From assembly GCF_000372725.1 (NCBI RefSeq), contig NW_005201287.1, positions 202,986 to 266,985 on the forward strand: a stretch of 64,000 bases of DNA. The letters are read 5' to 3'. The position numbers were made by a program, and so were the translations under genes. The first letter of the stretch is position 1. Each line of letters opens with the position of its first letter. The DNA comes from Emiliania huxleyi CCMP1516 (lineage: Eukaryota). Under the pieces are notes generated by a model. It saw only the letters and a program-made list of their open reading frames with translations, did not search any database and was not told the DNA's origin. Below, piece after piece: positions 1 through 12,661 of this stretch.

Positions 1-2637
1 GGGGGGGTCCCCCCGGGGGGGCTCTGGGGCATTGTGGGTTGATCGGTCGTGCCGATCTTGGTTTGTTCTCGGGTCGATCTCGGGTCGATTTCGGGTTGAT
101 CTCGGGTCGATCTCGGGTGGATCTCGGGTCGATCTCGGGTTGATCTGGGGTCGATCTCGGGTCTCGGGTCGGTCTTGGGTCGGTCTCGGAGTGGTCTAGA
201 AAAGAAAAGATGAGGCGAGTTGTGGCGAGGTGAGGCGAGTTGAGGCGAGAGATGAGGCGAGATGAGGCGTGATGAGGCGAGATGAGGCGAGATGAGGCGA
301 GGTGTGGAGAGTTGAGGCGAGGTGAGGCGAGATGAATCGAGGTGAGGCGAGATGAGGCGAGGTGTGTCGTGTGAGGGGAGGTGAGTCGAGGTGTGAGCAG
401 TGTGGCGAGATGAGGCGAGGTGTCAGGTGAGAGGCGAGAGAGGTGAGGCGAGAGGTGAGGCGAGATGAGGCGAGGTGAGGCGAGATGAAGCGAGGTGAGG
501 CGAGATGAAGCGAGGTGAGGCGAGTCGAGGCGAGATGTGGCGAGACTAGGAGGCGAGAGATGAAGCGGGATGTTGTGTGGCTGCTTGTGCTGCCAAGCAG
601 GCAGCACAAGCAGCCATACAAGTGAGCTTTTGGGTTGTGTGGCTGCTTGTGCTGCCTGCTCATGAGCAGGCATCACAAGCAGCCACACAAGTCAGCTTTG
701 GGAGCTCTCGGCGACGCCCAATGCGTGCGCCGGTAGGGGGGAGTGTGTGCGCGCGTGTGTGAGATGTGGATTGTGGCAGGCCTGCTGCTGCTGATGGGAG
801 GTGTGCTCTGTGTGTGGCGCTGCGCTGGCGTGCGACGCGCGCGTGCTGTGTACGTGTGCGTGTTGCTGTCGCGCGTGCGTCTGCGTGTGCTGCGCGCGCG
901 CCGCCGGTGTGCGCTGTGTGCTGTACTCTGTTGTGCGCCCTGTTTGTGCAGCTGGGAGGCGCAGGCTTGGCTGGCAGGGCTGCGCGGTGGGCTGCGGCGC
1001 GCTGCGGGTGGTTGTGCGCCTGCCTGATGGTGTGCGGCGGCCGCGCAGCCCGCCCGACCGGGTCGTCGGCGGCCCAGGGCGCGAGCATGCGGTCGGCGCT
1101 GCATGTGAGGCTGTGTGCGCGGCTGGCGCGTATGTTTCCGTGCGATGAGGGACGCGCGTATGTGTTCACGCTGCGGGCGCGGGCGGGCGTGGAGGGCGGC
1201 GCGGTCTCACCGCGGTCCGACGCCCGTTGGTCTTCTGCGTGACGAGGGCGGGCACGCAAGAGGCCTTGCCGCCATCGCGTTGCCGCGAAGGAAAAAGAAC
1301 GCTGCGGCTAGTGCTCAAAACCTCGGGAAAGAAGGCCTACATATTATGAGTGAATCCATGCACCTGGTGCATGGGAACTGTGGAATAGGACATTTCAGTG
1401 GATAGTTGGATCTCAGATATGAGGTATTTTTATCTCGCCGCGTCTGTGTCGTACTACAATATTGCAAGAATAGCCGCCAATATTGCCATAGCTGCCCTGA
1501 TGCGTTCCTCTAGTTTGGTCAGATATCCCCACTCCCGTACACCGAGCCAGCGCAACCGGTACGTGGGTACAGCCTGATACGCGACATGCAGTCTCATCAT
1601 ACTGCAATACTGCATGAGATACCTCCCCTTACTGCTGTACCTCACATGCACACCATATCCCAATACGGCGAAGTAATCATACTTGGATACTGCATCACAG
1701 CTCCATCCGTACTGCTGTACTGGGGCATACTGGAGAATACTGGAGAATACTGCTCCATACTGGTGCATGTGCAGTGCTGCGGCGGGATCTACCACTCGGC
1801 TGCCAGACTCACTAGAGCACCCGGAGCCAGAACTCACACTCCCAGGTTGCAACTGCTAGCAGCGGCGCTCGGCGGCGCACCTGGCCTTGCAAGGGCTAGC
1901 TAGCTTAATGCCGGCCGCATACTGCAACTGCTGCTGGGCGGTCCTTGCTCAATGGATTGATCCAGCGCTCGTCGATGGGCAGTCCTAAAGAGGCAACGAG
2001 GCATCCTGAAGAGGCCGGCCTATCCTGCAGCGGCATCACAAACAGGTTGTGGTTGCAGGTGCGCGCGCGCCCACGCACACGCAGAGCCACCACGCCGCCT
2101 CTTCCCACTCCCACTGATGCGAGTTTGACTGTGGCGAGGTGTGACTCATGAGATGTGACTCTCGTGGGTGGTGGCGGAACACGGCGATCGAGCAGGGGTG
2201 CTAGGACGGGACGCACCAGACGGGATGAACCAATGGATTGTGTCCACCGTCCCCAGAATGCGCAGTCCGCAACCGTCGTACTTGTGGCTGAGCTCGTCGC
2301 AACGCGGAGGGAGGAGAGGCCTTTGTGGATTTGTGCCCCGATGATCCACAGCACGGCGATCGCTCTGTCGCCAAGCCCCACGGAACGCGCACTAGTGCAA
2401 GTCGCGCCGCACCCCAAGTGCCCGACCGCGCCTGGAAAAAGAAAAGAAAGCGTTTGCGTGACTGAATCAGAAAACGGGGGGCTGGCGCTGCACCAGGCCA
2501 ATGGCTTGGGACGCAAGCGCAATCTGCGCCACAACACATCGCACAAGCGAGAGAGAGAGACACAAGCGCAATCTGCGCCACAACACATCGCACACGCAAG
2601 CAGATGACCACACAATCCGCTTGTCGTCGCTTCTGGT
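1..2637. repeat. Left arm of a giant inverted repeat; probably continues left of the window
   Basis: Mirror ORFs have coordinates summing to 6012 (1115-1405+ vs 4607-4897-; 1945-2151+ vs 3861-4067-). Arm ends at ...gtcgcttctggt (2637). Confidence 0.95.
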
Positions 2638-3393
2638 AACGTTTAGTTATTTCACGATCAATCTTACGCGTTGGACCACCGTAGCTCCAAAGTCGCAATC
2701 GTTGGCGTTGGAATGGGACGGCTCGAGCAAATGCATCAATCCCGCAGTGCCGAAGGTAGTGGTAACAGGATGTTGTACGGGGGTGCGCACGGCAAGAGTT
2801 CTCACGAATGCTGGTGCCGGCTGTATTTGGCGCTGCGTGTCAGCACAGGAGTATGTCTGGCCAGGCAAGCTGAATGTGGACATCTCGTCCCCGTTCCTAA
2901 ATGAATGAAGAGACCAAACTTTGGAGCCGCTCTTGTCCTGGGCAACGTCCTGTCGCGTTTGCCAGTCTGCGGTCGCGCTATCTACCAGCCTCGTTCGTTG
3001 CACCAAGACGGCAGCCGTGCGCACGAGGTATGTGCGTGAGTCGTTTTTGTGTGTGCGGTTCGGGAAACATGCGATTCAATGCGCAGTGGCGCGTCGCCTT
3101 TGCTGGAGAGTCGACGGCGGCCTCTCGAGTGGCAAGTCCTCAACATGAAAAAACAAAAGAAGGAGGAGCAGAGTCTTCAATACCTAAATTTGGGGGGACG
3201 CACGAATATGAGGTTTGTGCGACACATGCATTCGGTCGGCATGCTCGCCCTCGTGGCGGGCATGCCCCTGACCTACACCGTGCGGGACTGTGGCACCAGG
3301 CGCGGTACACTGTATGACACTGGCTTCCTTCCAAGCACGTTGCAGACGGCTTGGGACAAATACAGCGGCGCGGTCGGCAACGTCCTGCCGCCC

Positions 3394-6013
3394 ACCAGAA
3401 GCGACCACAAGCGGATTGTGTGGTCATCTGCTTGCGTGTGCGATGTGTTGTGGCGCAGATTGCGCTTGTGCGATGTGTTGTGGCGCAGATTGCGCTTGCG
3501 TCCCAAGCCATTGGCCTGGTGCAGCGCCAGCCCCCCGTTTTCTGATTCAGTCGCGCAGGCGCGGTCTTTTCTTTTTCCAGGCGCGGTCGGGCACTTGGGG
3601 TGCGGCGCGACTTGCACTAGTGCGCGTTCCGTGGGGCTTGGCGACAGAGCGATCGCCGTGCTGTGGATCATCGGGGCACAAATCCACAAAGGCCTCTCCT
3701 CCCTCCGCGTTGCGACGAGCTCAGCCACAAGTACGACGGTTGCGGACTGCGCATTCTGGGGACGGTGGACACAATCCATTGGTTCATCCCGTCTGGTGCG
3801 TCCCGTCCTAGCACCCCTGCTCGATCGCCGTGTTCCGCCACCACCCACGAGAGTCACATCTCATGAGTCACACCTCGCCACAGTCAAACTCGCATCAGTG
3901 GGAGTGGGAAGAGGCGGCGTGGTGGCTCTGCGTGTGCGTGGGCGCGCGCGCACCTGCAACCACAACCTGTTTGTGATGCCGCTGCAGGATAGGCCGGCCT
4001 CTTCAGGATGCCTCGTTGCCTCTTTAGGACTGCCCATCGACGAGCGCTGGATCAATCCATTGAGCAAGGACCGCCCAGCAGCAGTTGCAGTATGCGGCCG
4101 GCATTAAGCTAGCTAGCCCTTGCAAGGCCAGGTGCGCCGCCGAGCGCCGCTGCTAGCAGTTGCAACCTGGGAGTGTGAGTTCTGGCTCCGGGTGCTCTAG
4201 TGAGTCTGGCAGCCGAGTGGTAGATCCCGCCGCAGCACTGCACATGCACCAGTATGGAGCAGTATTCTCCAGTATTCTCCAGTATGCCCCAGTACAGCAG
4301 TACGGATGGAGCTGTGATGCAGTATCCAAGTATGATTACTTCGCCGTATTGGGATATGGTGTGCATGTGAGGTACAGCAGTAAGGGGAGGTATCTCATGC
4401 AGTATTGCAGTATGATGAGACTGCATGTCGCGTATCAGGCTGTACCCACGTACCGGTTGCGCTGGCTCGGTGTACGGGAGTGGGGATATCTGACCAAACT
4501 AGAGGAACGCATCAGGGCAGCTATGGCAATATTGGCGGCTATTCTTGCAATATTGTAGTACGACACAGACGCGGCGAGATAAAAATACCTCATATCTGAG
4601 ATCCAACTATCCACTGAAATGTCCTATTCCACAGTTCCCATGCACCAGGTGCATGGATTCACTCATAATATGTAGGCCTTCTTTCCCGAGGTTTTGAGCA
4701 CTAGCCGCAGCGTTCTTTTTCCTTCGCGGCAACGCGATGGCGGCAAGGCCTCTTGCGTGCCCGCCCTCGTCACGCAGAAGACCAACGGGCGTCGGACCGC
4801 GGTGAGACCGCGCCGCCCTCCACGCCCGCCCGCGCCCGCAGCGTGAACACATACGCGCGTCCCTCATCGCACGGAAACATACGCGCCAGCCGCGCACACA
4901 GCCTCACATGCAGCGCCGACCGCATGCTCGCGCCCTGGGCCGCCGACGACCCGGTCGGGCGGGCTGCGCGGCCGCCGCACACCATCAGGCAGGCGCACAA
5001 CCACCCGCAGCGCGCCGCAGCCCACCGCGCAGCCCTGCCAGCCAAGCCTGCGCCTCCCAGCTGCACAAACAGGGCGCACAACAGAGTACAGCACACAGCG
5101 CACACCGGCGGCGCGCGCGCAGCACACGCAGACGCACGCGCGACAGCAACACGCACACGTACACAGCACGCGCGCGTCGCACGCCAGCGCAGCGCCACAC
5201 ACAGAGCACACCTCCCATCAGCAGCAGCAGGCCTGCCACAATCCACATCTCACACACGCGCGCACACACTCCCCCCTACCGGCGCACGCATTGGGCGTCG
5301 CCGAGAGCTCCCAAAGCTGAGCTGGGTCGCTGCTTGCGACGCCTGCTCACGAGCAGGCAGCACAAGCAGCCACACAACCCAAAAGCTCACTTGTATGGCT
5401 GCTTGTGCTGCCTGCTTGGCAGCACAAGCAGCCACACAACATCCCGCTTCATCTCTCGCCTCCTAGTCTCGCCACATCTCGCCTCGTCTCGCCTCACCTC
5501 GCTTCATCTCGCCTCACCTCGCTTCATCTCGCCTCACCTCGCCTCATCTCGCCTCACCTCTCGCCTCACCTCTCTCGCCTCTCACCTGACACCTCGCCTC
5601 ATCTCGCCTCACTGCTCACACCTCGCCTCACCTCCCCTCACACGACACACCTCGCCTCATCTCGCCTCACCTCGCTTCATCTCGCCTCACCTCGCCTCAT
5701 CTCGCCTCACCTCGCCTCATCTCGCCTCATCTCGCCTCATCTCGCCTCATCTCGCCTCATCTCTCGCCTCACCTCGCCTCACCTCGCCTCATCTCGCCTC
5801 ATTTTTTCTTTTCTAGACCACTCCGAGACCGACCCAAGACCGACCCGAGACCCGAGATCGACCCGAGATCGACCCGAGATCGACCCGAGATCGACCCGAG
5901 ATCGACCCGAGATCGACCCGAGATCGACCCGAGATCGACCCGAGATCGACCCGAGATCGGCACGAGCGATCAACCCAACAATGCCCCAGAGCCCCCTCCG
6001 GGGGGACCCCCCC
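3394..6013. repeat. Right arm of the giant inverted repeat
   Basis: Starts accagaagcgac at 3394 and is the near-exact reverse complement of 1-2637, with scattered substitutions and indels. Confidence 0.95.
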
Positions 6014-6442
6014 TCACCCCGAGTGTCCGTGTCCTTCGCGAGTCACCGATGGGGAGCGGGGGGGGGTGCGAGATGCACAGGGGAGGCTGGGGAGGGGGGG
6101 GTCCACTCTGAAGACTGCCGACCGCGGGGGGGTTTTGTCCCACAGGGTTTTACCCTCCGCGTGAGGATCGGCGCGGCGAGGGGGTAGGTTCGAATTCGCC
6201 GCGCAACATTTCACCCCCACAGGACCCCGCCCCCCCCCCCTCATGGTCCCACCTAGCACTCCAATGAGCCTTCGCACCCCCTCCTTGCGCAGTGTCCCCC
6301 ACTATGTGTCGCCGTTATCGGGGCACGCTATCCTGTGCAGTCAGGGCAAGTGGGGGCGGGGGGCAGTCCCTCTGGTCCGATACTGGTGTGGTTCTGTCTC
6401 TAGTCTCGGAGGGGGGCTTGAAGCTAAGAATATTTTATTTTT
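4710..6442. mobile_element. ~1.7 kb non-coding insertion flanked by the 18-bp direct repeat TTTTGAGCACTAGCCGCA
   Basis: Motif at 4692-4709 and 6443-6460. An uninterrupted version (left flank-motif-right flank) is present at ~8617-9360. Confidence 0.6.
5445..5960. repeat. Satellite block: (ctcgc/ctcac/ctcat) 5/10-mers followed by (gatcgacccga)n 11-mers; mirrored at ~68-570
   Basis: Tandem arrays directly visible. Confidence 0.9.
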
Positions 6443-7108
6443 TTTTGAGCACTAGCCGCAAAAGGGCTTTTTGGCACTTCATCGCGACACATCCAGGTGC
6501 CGACAAAGCGGCTTCCCAGCTCACCACCTCGCCATCTCTGTCGCTCTCCTGGCCCAGGCCCATCAGTATCAAGTCTGAGCTGTCGCAGACCGCACTCATC
6601 TTGGATGATGAAGCCCACTCTGGCTCATACCACGGCTCTTACGGCCTCACACACGCCCGTTTTACCCACAGACACCGCCGGCACGCACTCCCACTTCACA
6701 CATGCTCAAACACAACCCCACCAAAGCACAGCCCTGATCAGAATGGGCAAGGGCTACCACTTGGTGACCCTGGTAGCCTCTGGCTCGCCACTGCACTCGG
6801 CTCCTCTGCAGCGGTCTCGCGCCCTCGCCACGACAGCACGCCGACGGCAAGCTTTGAGGTCCGTCTGGTGGACCTGCTGTGGCCACAGCCTCCCCTCGCA
6901 TGCAGCTCGCACCAGACCTCGACACTGGGCTCGCTCAGCTTGGTTGTGGCAGCGTGTGTGAAGGATGCGCGGCCAAGCCGCTGGCGCTGCTACAGCGGCG
7001 CGAGAAGCAGGCAGCGGCGCGACACCCGGTCGGTCGAGTCTGGCCGTTCTCGCGACGCCGGCCGGCGAGGGTGGCGGCCTGTGGCCGGCTGGTGGGCGGA
7101 GAGCAGCG
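6443..7108. repeat. ~665-bp direct repeat, copy 1
   Basis: Near-identical to 8695-9360 (ORFs 6497-6961 and 8750-9214 are almost identical). Confidence 0.93.
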
Positions 7109-7287
7109 ACAACCGGCGTGGGGGTGCTCAGGAGGCAGCGGCGGCCAAGTGTGCACACTTGCTCAAAGCCGAAAGGGGGCTTGTAGTGGTTTCTTTGCCA
7201 AGCCAGAAGAATTCTTAAACGCGCGGGACCGAGGACTAAGCAAGTGTCTGTGTTTGGGCGTGGTGTCCAGTGTAATGTCCACTAGCT

Positions 7288-7417
7288 CCGAGTAGAGGGG
7301 GCGTCCTGCAGTTAAGGGGAAACCCGGTACGCGGGTCCAACCCTCGGAGAACTGTGTTTACTTTAAGGCCCTTGCCCTGCGAACGCGCACCCCCGGGGCT
7401 AGGGCTCTCTTGCCCGC
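7288..7417. repeat. Dispersed repeat with an inverted copy at 42755-42872
   Basis: gagtagagggg...ctgcagttaaggggaaacccggtac...ggctagggctctcttgcccgc matches the reverse complement near 42.8 kb. Confidence 0.8.
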
Positions 7418-7921
7418 AACCCGACACCGATCATCCGGCCCGCTGGGTGCGCTTCTGAGCTCCTCGGCCCTGGATGTGAGGTTACTGATTGCACTCCAAG
7501 TGCTCCAAGTGCGGAGGATGCAGAGGCGGATAGGGGTGGTCCGATTTTGATACATTGAAAGAATTAAGCTTTGCGCGGAAGGGTGAAAGGAGAAAGCATG
7601 GAGATAGTGCGGGTTTTGTGATCTCGGCATTACGCACGCGCTCACTTGCGAAGAGCATTCGCGGCCAAAAGAAACCGACCTCCCATACGTGCTAGTGCTC
7701 CTCCTTCGCTGTCCCATCTCCTCATCCCTTTCCCACCTAGGCGGGGCGGGGGTCGGGGGGGCGGCGGGCGCAGGTGCGAGGTGCGGTGCGGTGCGTGCAA
7801 TCGTGTGTTTGGCGTCATGTCGTGTGTGCCTTCGCTTGTTCCTATTAACGAAGTCTAGCTCAAAAAGAAAAAGCGGTACAACTCGGCGGTTCGCGACTGC
7901 AGGATCTCGGCGCAGTGCTCG

Positions 7922-8240
7922 ATGCTGCCGCCGGGAGCGGTTTTCTCTCAGGCGACGCACTCAACCTGGGAGAGCTTTCCTTCAGCGGGTCGGTGTACGA
8001 GCGATCTCGACGCCTTTGTGTGCCGTGGACCTGCCTCGGACTGCTCCATACAGCGCTGCGTTGACTCTTGCGAAGGAGCTCACCCCACCACGACGAACGT
8101 CGAGCACCATTGCGATTCCGAGGGATGCTGGTGCTTCTGCCAGTCTGGCTGCGATTGCCTGCAAAACATGGGCGAAAGCAGCACGTGGGCGCCGGTTGGC
8201 ACGCTTGTTCTTCCGGAGGCATGCCTCCACCATCGGGGCG
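7922..8240 (+). pseudogene. Possible Cys-rich coding fragment between repeat copies
   Basis: CRGPASDCSIQRCVDSC...HHCDSEGCWCFCQSGCDCLQ spacing looks disulfide-rich; no clear start or end. Confidence 0.25.
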
Positions 8241-8694
8241 ACGCGGCAGGACGTCGACGTCGGCTCGACAATACCGACATCGACCCGTCGACACCTCCTG
8301 AGCCGTCGCACGAGGAGTGCAAGTGCAGCTGTGCAAACGCGCCACCGCAGATGCCGCAGCCGCCTATCCACCCGCCGCGGCCACCCGCGCCGCCATGCCT
8401 AGCTGTTACTGTCATCATACCAGCTGGCCTTTCCTGTCGCTATCCTGCCCCAGGCCCATCAGTAGCAAGTCTGAGCTGTCCCAGCCCGCACTTATCTCGG
8501 GTCTTCAAGCTCACACCGGCTCGTGATGCCACGGAGAGAGCTCGAGATTGCCCCGGTGGACCCCATCCGAGGCGATTGCGAGGGCTTTCCGGAGGTCATT
8601 ATCGGCGCCACCGACTGTGAAATGTCCTGTTCCACAGTTCCCATGCACCAGGTGCATGGATTCACTCATAATATGTAGGCCTTCTCTCCCGAGG

Positions 8695-9360
8695 TTTTGA
8701 GCACTAGCCGCAAACGGCGCTTCTTGGCACTTCATCGCGACACATCCAGGTGCCGACAAAGCGGCTTCCCAGCTCACCACCTCGCCATCTCTGTCGCTCT
8801 CCTGGCCCAGGCCCATCAGTATCAAGTCTGAGCTGTCCCAAACCGTCCTTATTTTGGGTGATGAAGCCCACTCTGGCTCATACCACGGCTCTTACGGCCT
8901 CACACACGCCCGTTTTACCCACAGACACCGCCGGCACGCACTCCCACTTCACACATGCTCAAGCACAACCCCACCAAAGCACAGCCCTGATCAGAATGGG
9001 CAAGGGCTACCACCTGGTAGCCCTGGTAGCCTCTGGCTCGCCACTGCACTCGGCTCCTCTGCAGCGGTCTCGCGCTCTCGCCACGACAGCACGCCGACGG
9101 CAAGCTTTGAGGTCCGTCTGGTGGACCTGCTGTGGCCACAGCCGCCCCTCGCATGCAGCTCGCACCAGACCTCGACACTGGGCTCGCTCAGCTTGGTTGT
9201 GGCAGCGTGTGTGAAGGATGCGCGGCCAAGCCGCTGGCGCTGCTACAGCGGCGCGAGAAGCAGGCAGCGGCGCGACACCCGGTCGGTCGAGTCTGGCCGT
9301 TCTCGCGACGCCGGCCGGCGAGGGTGGCGGCCTGTGGCCGGCTGGTGGGCGGAGAGCAGC
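8695..9360. repeat. ~665-bp direct repeat, copy 2, preceded by a copy of ~4613-4691
   Basis: Near-identical to 6443-7108; 8617-8694 matches 4613-4691, including the ccatgcacc-a-ggtgcatgg hairpin. Confidence 0.93.
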
Positions 9361-10013
9361 CAGGAGGACTCCAGAGTAGCCAGCAACACCAAGCAACGGG
9401 CGAGCGCACAGCGAGCGCAAACACAGCTCTGAGAAAGGGCGGGTGATGGGTAAAACGAGCAGGTCCCCGCCCATGTGCGATCTTTGTGCAGGTGAAAGGG
9501 GCCGCTTGCGCCCGTTATTTGCTTTTACTACGGAAGGGTGCAACGAGGTCGGTTGAGAAGGGTTGCGTCGAGTCGGCCTGTGTGGCATCCCGGACGGGCG
9601 GGGGGGGGGCAGAGCGCAACGGACCGGAGGGGGGGCGCCAGGCCAGCTCCACGAATGCAGCTCTGGGGGGGCGCGGGGAGGCGTGTCAGGGGCAGGTCAG
9701 GGGGGGGATCGACGTCCTTCCAAGGGATGCTCTTTTCCTTTCACACCTTCAAGCGGATCTCCACCCTCTTTTCGCGCCATTTTGCAATCTCCAGTCGGCC
9801 ACACGATTCTCGAGGCGCCTTTGGCGCGAAGTCAACATCCCCGTCTCCGGCCTGAGATCTCGAGGTGCCGATGGCGGCAGCTCAAGATCTCTATCTTCAG
9901 TTAAAGATCTCTGAGTTTTGCGAGAGATGCTGTGTGTGGAAGATCTCTGATCGGCATCTACGATCTCCACTCAACAAATCTACTGGTGTCCCGCAGAGAT
10001 CTCGATGTATGAG

Positions 10014-10792
10014 ATTTGGAGAGATCTCGAGGAGTACATACAGATAGACCCTCCAATCATGAGAAAACTCCAACCTGATCGGTCGTACTGACCGCCGACA
10101 GATCACTCCAGACAGCAGACAGGCCGACGTCTGCACGCGGCCGGCCGGGCGAGAGGCTTGACACGATCCGACCCTGCGACCGTGACGCTGCTGCTCTAGC
10201 TATCAGACATGCGCTGCTGACTGCTGCCACAATGTGCGACCTGTGCTGGCCCACTTGGCGGCCTTCCCGGTCAGTGGTGAGGCGCAGTTCAGAGCTGTCG
10301 ATGGCGCGATGCCGCACTGGTCCCACATTGGTGACACGAGACCACCACGTTTGCCGGTCCAAGAGAGAGGCACCGGCGCTGTCGTGAGAAGGTGCGTGGT
10401 CCCTCTTGACTGCCCATGCGCGCGAGGCTGTGTAGGCATAGCCTCGAGAGTGCCAGCAGCCAATCCGAGGCAGTATGTGACGGGCATTGCGCCAGAAGCG
10501 TGCACGCAGCTGGAAGGACACCTTCCTACTGGCCGTACGATCAGGTCGTCACTGAATGCTGGATACTAAGGCCGCGAGCTATGCGGATGATCAATTGTGC
10601 AGCATGGCACGGTCAGCAGCGCCGACAGGCTGTCGCAAGGCGTGATAGCTGGCCGCAAGTACGCCGAATTCCCATGAAAACAAGTAAACAATGGACAAAA
10701 AAATTAACCGAAAAATCGGCGTCTGCGGCGGGCCATGGGACCCCCCCCCCCCCCGCATGGACACCCTCTAGGGCCCCCGCGGCCCCCCCAGA
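10014..10792. mobile_element. Non-autonomous dispersed element, copy 1
   Basis: Near-identical over ~600 bp to 25130-25780 with related ends; AGATCT-rich left flank at 9850-10030. Confidence 0.8.
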
Positions 10793-11057
10793 GGAATTCA
10801 GTCCTTCTTGTTTTTGCTCCTGCTCTTTGGGCCGGACAAACAAAAAACAAATCTCTTGGGCCGGCCGCCGCGCTCGAGGCTCGTTGGTCGGACTTCCCAT
10901 CAATGTATGTTGACATTGATTGAGGTAAGGCCGCGCTGTTGGCGGCGCCAGAGGCCTCGCCTCAGGAGAAATACCCGAACCTAAAATTTTACCCGAATCC
11001 TGAGCTCTCACCTTCGAATCCAAACGAGCTGTGAAGGCGCCGTGCACTGAGGGAGGG

Positions 11058-11224
11058 TGTAGAGGATGTAGAGTGTAGAGCGCTGTAGAGCTGTAGAGCT
11101 GTAGAGCGCTGGAGAGCGCTGTGTAGAGCTGTAGAGCTCTACATCCGCCGCGGGACGAATTGCGTGCGTTGTAGAGCGATGTAGAGGCGCTCTACAACGT
11201 GAAATCTCTACAACAAACTCTACA
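11058..11224. repeat. Fold-back cluster of TGTAGAG and inverted CTCTACA heptamers
   Basis: About 10 tgtagag-like units and 4 ctctaca units. Confidence 0.75.
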
Positions 11225-11341
11225 TGAAGAGAGAGAGACTGGCTAAAAGTACATGAAAAGCGGAGCGCGACTTTGAGCGCAGCCGCTCATACACACAGCC
11301 ATTTGCGTTGTAGCTGGTGAGTCCTTCTCTCCGGGCGTCTC

Positions 11342-12661
11342 ATGCCCACACCCAACGACTGGGCCCTCATCTACCTGCTGCACCGGCCCGTCACCCAAGC
11401 TCACCTCTGGGCCATCGCGCGGTTGCGCACCGGCGTGGGCCCAGCGCGCCTATTCCTAAATGTCGACGTCGGCCCAGGTGAGGTGGCGCGTGCCGACATC
11501 CGCACCGCATGGAAATTCTTCTACCCGGACAATGCCACATCGGTCCGCCTGCTCTCAGAGGCGACCGGCCTCGACGCCTCTCACGTCGTGCTGTGCGGCT
11601 GGAACGCGTCCATGGAGGCTCTTAGTCCAACGACGCTGCGAGGGTATCCCAGACTGAGTGGGCACAAACTGACTGAGCCTATGCTCGCCTGTTGGTGCGC
11701 CACCTTTTGCAGCAGATTTAGGCACGTCTGGGTCCTTGAGAAGGACACCGCCTTCATGGGCGACACTGGCGCCTTCTTCGCGCAGCATGCCAACAACACT
11801 AACGATCTGCTGAGCCACGATGTGCGGTACGTGGGTGCGGAATGGTGGGCGTACTACGAGCGGGACAATGCCTCCCTCCTGACCAATAGCAGCAGCCCTG
11901 TACGCGATCTCACCCGAACCGGTGTGATGCGTCGGTCAAGGAGGAGGCGCGAGCCCACGCGCATGCAGTCGGGGCAGCCGACCGGGATCGTCTTCTACGA
12001 GCCACAGGTTCGGCGGCTTTCGACCGCGCTCCTGCGCCACGCTCTCGACGTGCTCCGTGCGGGGCACTTTGCGTACAGCGAAGTCCTTGCGTCGACGCTA
12101 TGCGCTCGATCGAGCGGCTGCACCCTCGGCTCATGGGCCTCGAACGCCAGCCTACCCGACGCGCACTGCTATCGCTACCTGATCAAGGCGAAGATTGCAA
12201 TACGCGGGCCCGGCGAGCCGAATGCTAGCTACTACAACGCGTGGCGAGCCGCGCTGGTCAAGTCCTCCGGCAGCAAACTAAGTGCAAGGCAACTGAGTGC
12301 AAGATCGCATCTGAGTAGACTTGGTTCGTGGTGCGCGCCGCGCGAGGTCGCGGGAGACTGCTCGCAGAGGTGGGTGCACCCGCTCCTGGAGCTGAAGTTC
12401 CCCGTGGTGGGGTTCCGGTACAGCGAGGCGATACTGTGGAAGACGATGCCTCACCTTCGGAAACGCGCGATGCAGGCGGTGGCGGAGGCCACAGCCGGTC
12501 ACGCAGAGAGGAGGTCTGCGGCCGTGCTGACGGCGTCTCAGGCTGGCTTCTGGTGGGGCGCACTGATGGACGACGTCGTCAACGATGGGCTGGGGAGTAG
12601 CGTTGCAAAGGAGCTGTTTTGCCTGACGAACGGCTCGGCCCCCCGGATCGTCTTGTGGTGA
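11342..12661 (+). CDS. Intronless DUF3405-like putative glycosyltransferase, 439 aa
   Basis: HVWVLEKDTAFMGDTGAFFAQHANNTNDLL and VRRLSTALL...GHFAYSEVLASTLC resemble the W-x-x-E-x-D and RLS..HSE motifs of that family. Confidence 0.6.
   Translation: MPTPNDWALIYLLHRPVTQAHLWAIARLRTGVGPARLFLNVDVGPGEVARADIRTAWKFFYPDNATSVRLLSEATGLDASHVVLCGWNASMEALSPTTLRGYPRLSGHKLTEPMLACWCATFCSRFRHVWVLEKDTAFMGDTGAFFAQHANNTNDLLSHDVRYVGAEWWAYYERDNASLLTNSSSPVRDLTRTGVMRRSRRRREPTRMQSGQPTGIVFYEPQVRRLSTALLRHALDVLRAGHFAYSEVLASTLCARSSGCTLGSWASNASLPDAHCYRYLIKAKIAIRGPGEPNASYYNAWRAALVKSSGSKLSARQLSARSHLSRLGSWCAPREVAGDCSQRWVHPLLELKFPVVGFRYSEAILWKTMPHLRKRAMQAVAEATAGHAERRSAAVLTASQAGFWWGALMDDVVNDGLGSSVAKELFCLTNGSAPRIVLW

Noticed and set aside
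4638..4704. Hairpin plus CTAG as a Helitron 3' end
   Set aside because: The hairpin is ~45 nt upstream, and homology continues past CTAG in all copies.
196..6187. Many long ORFs in the palindrome arms (SPHLASSRL-type)
   Set aside because: Translations of satellites and mirrored repeats with no domain signal.
6160..6210. GGTTCGAAT B-box-like motif as a tRNA or SINE
   Set aside because: No cloverleaf or A-box; only a simple hairpin.
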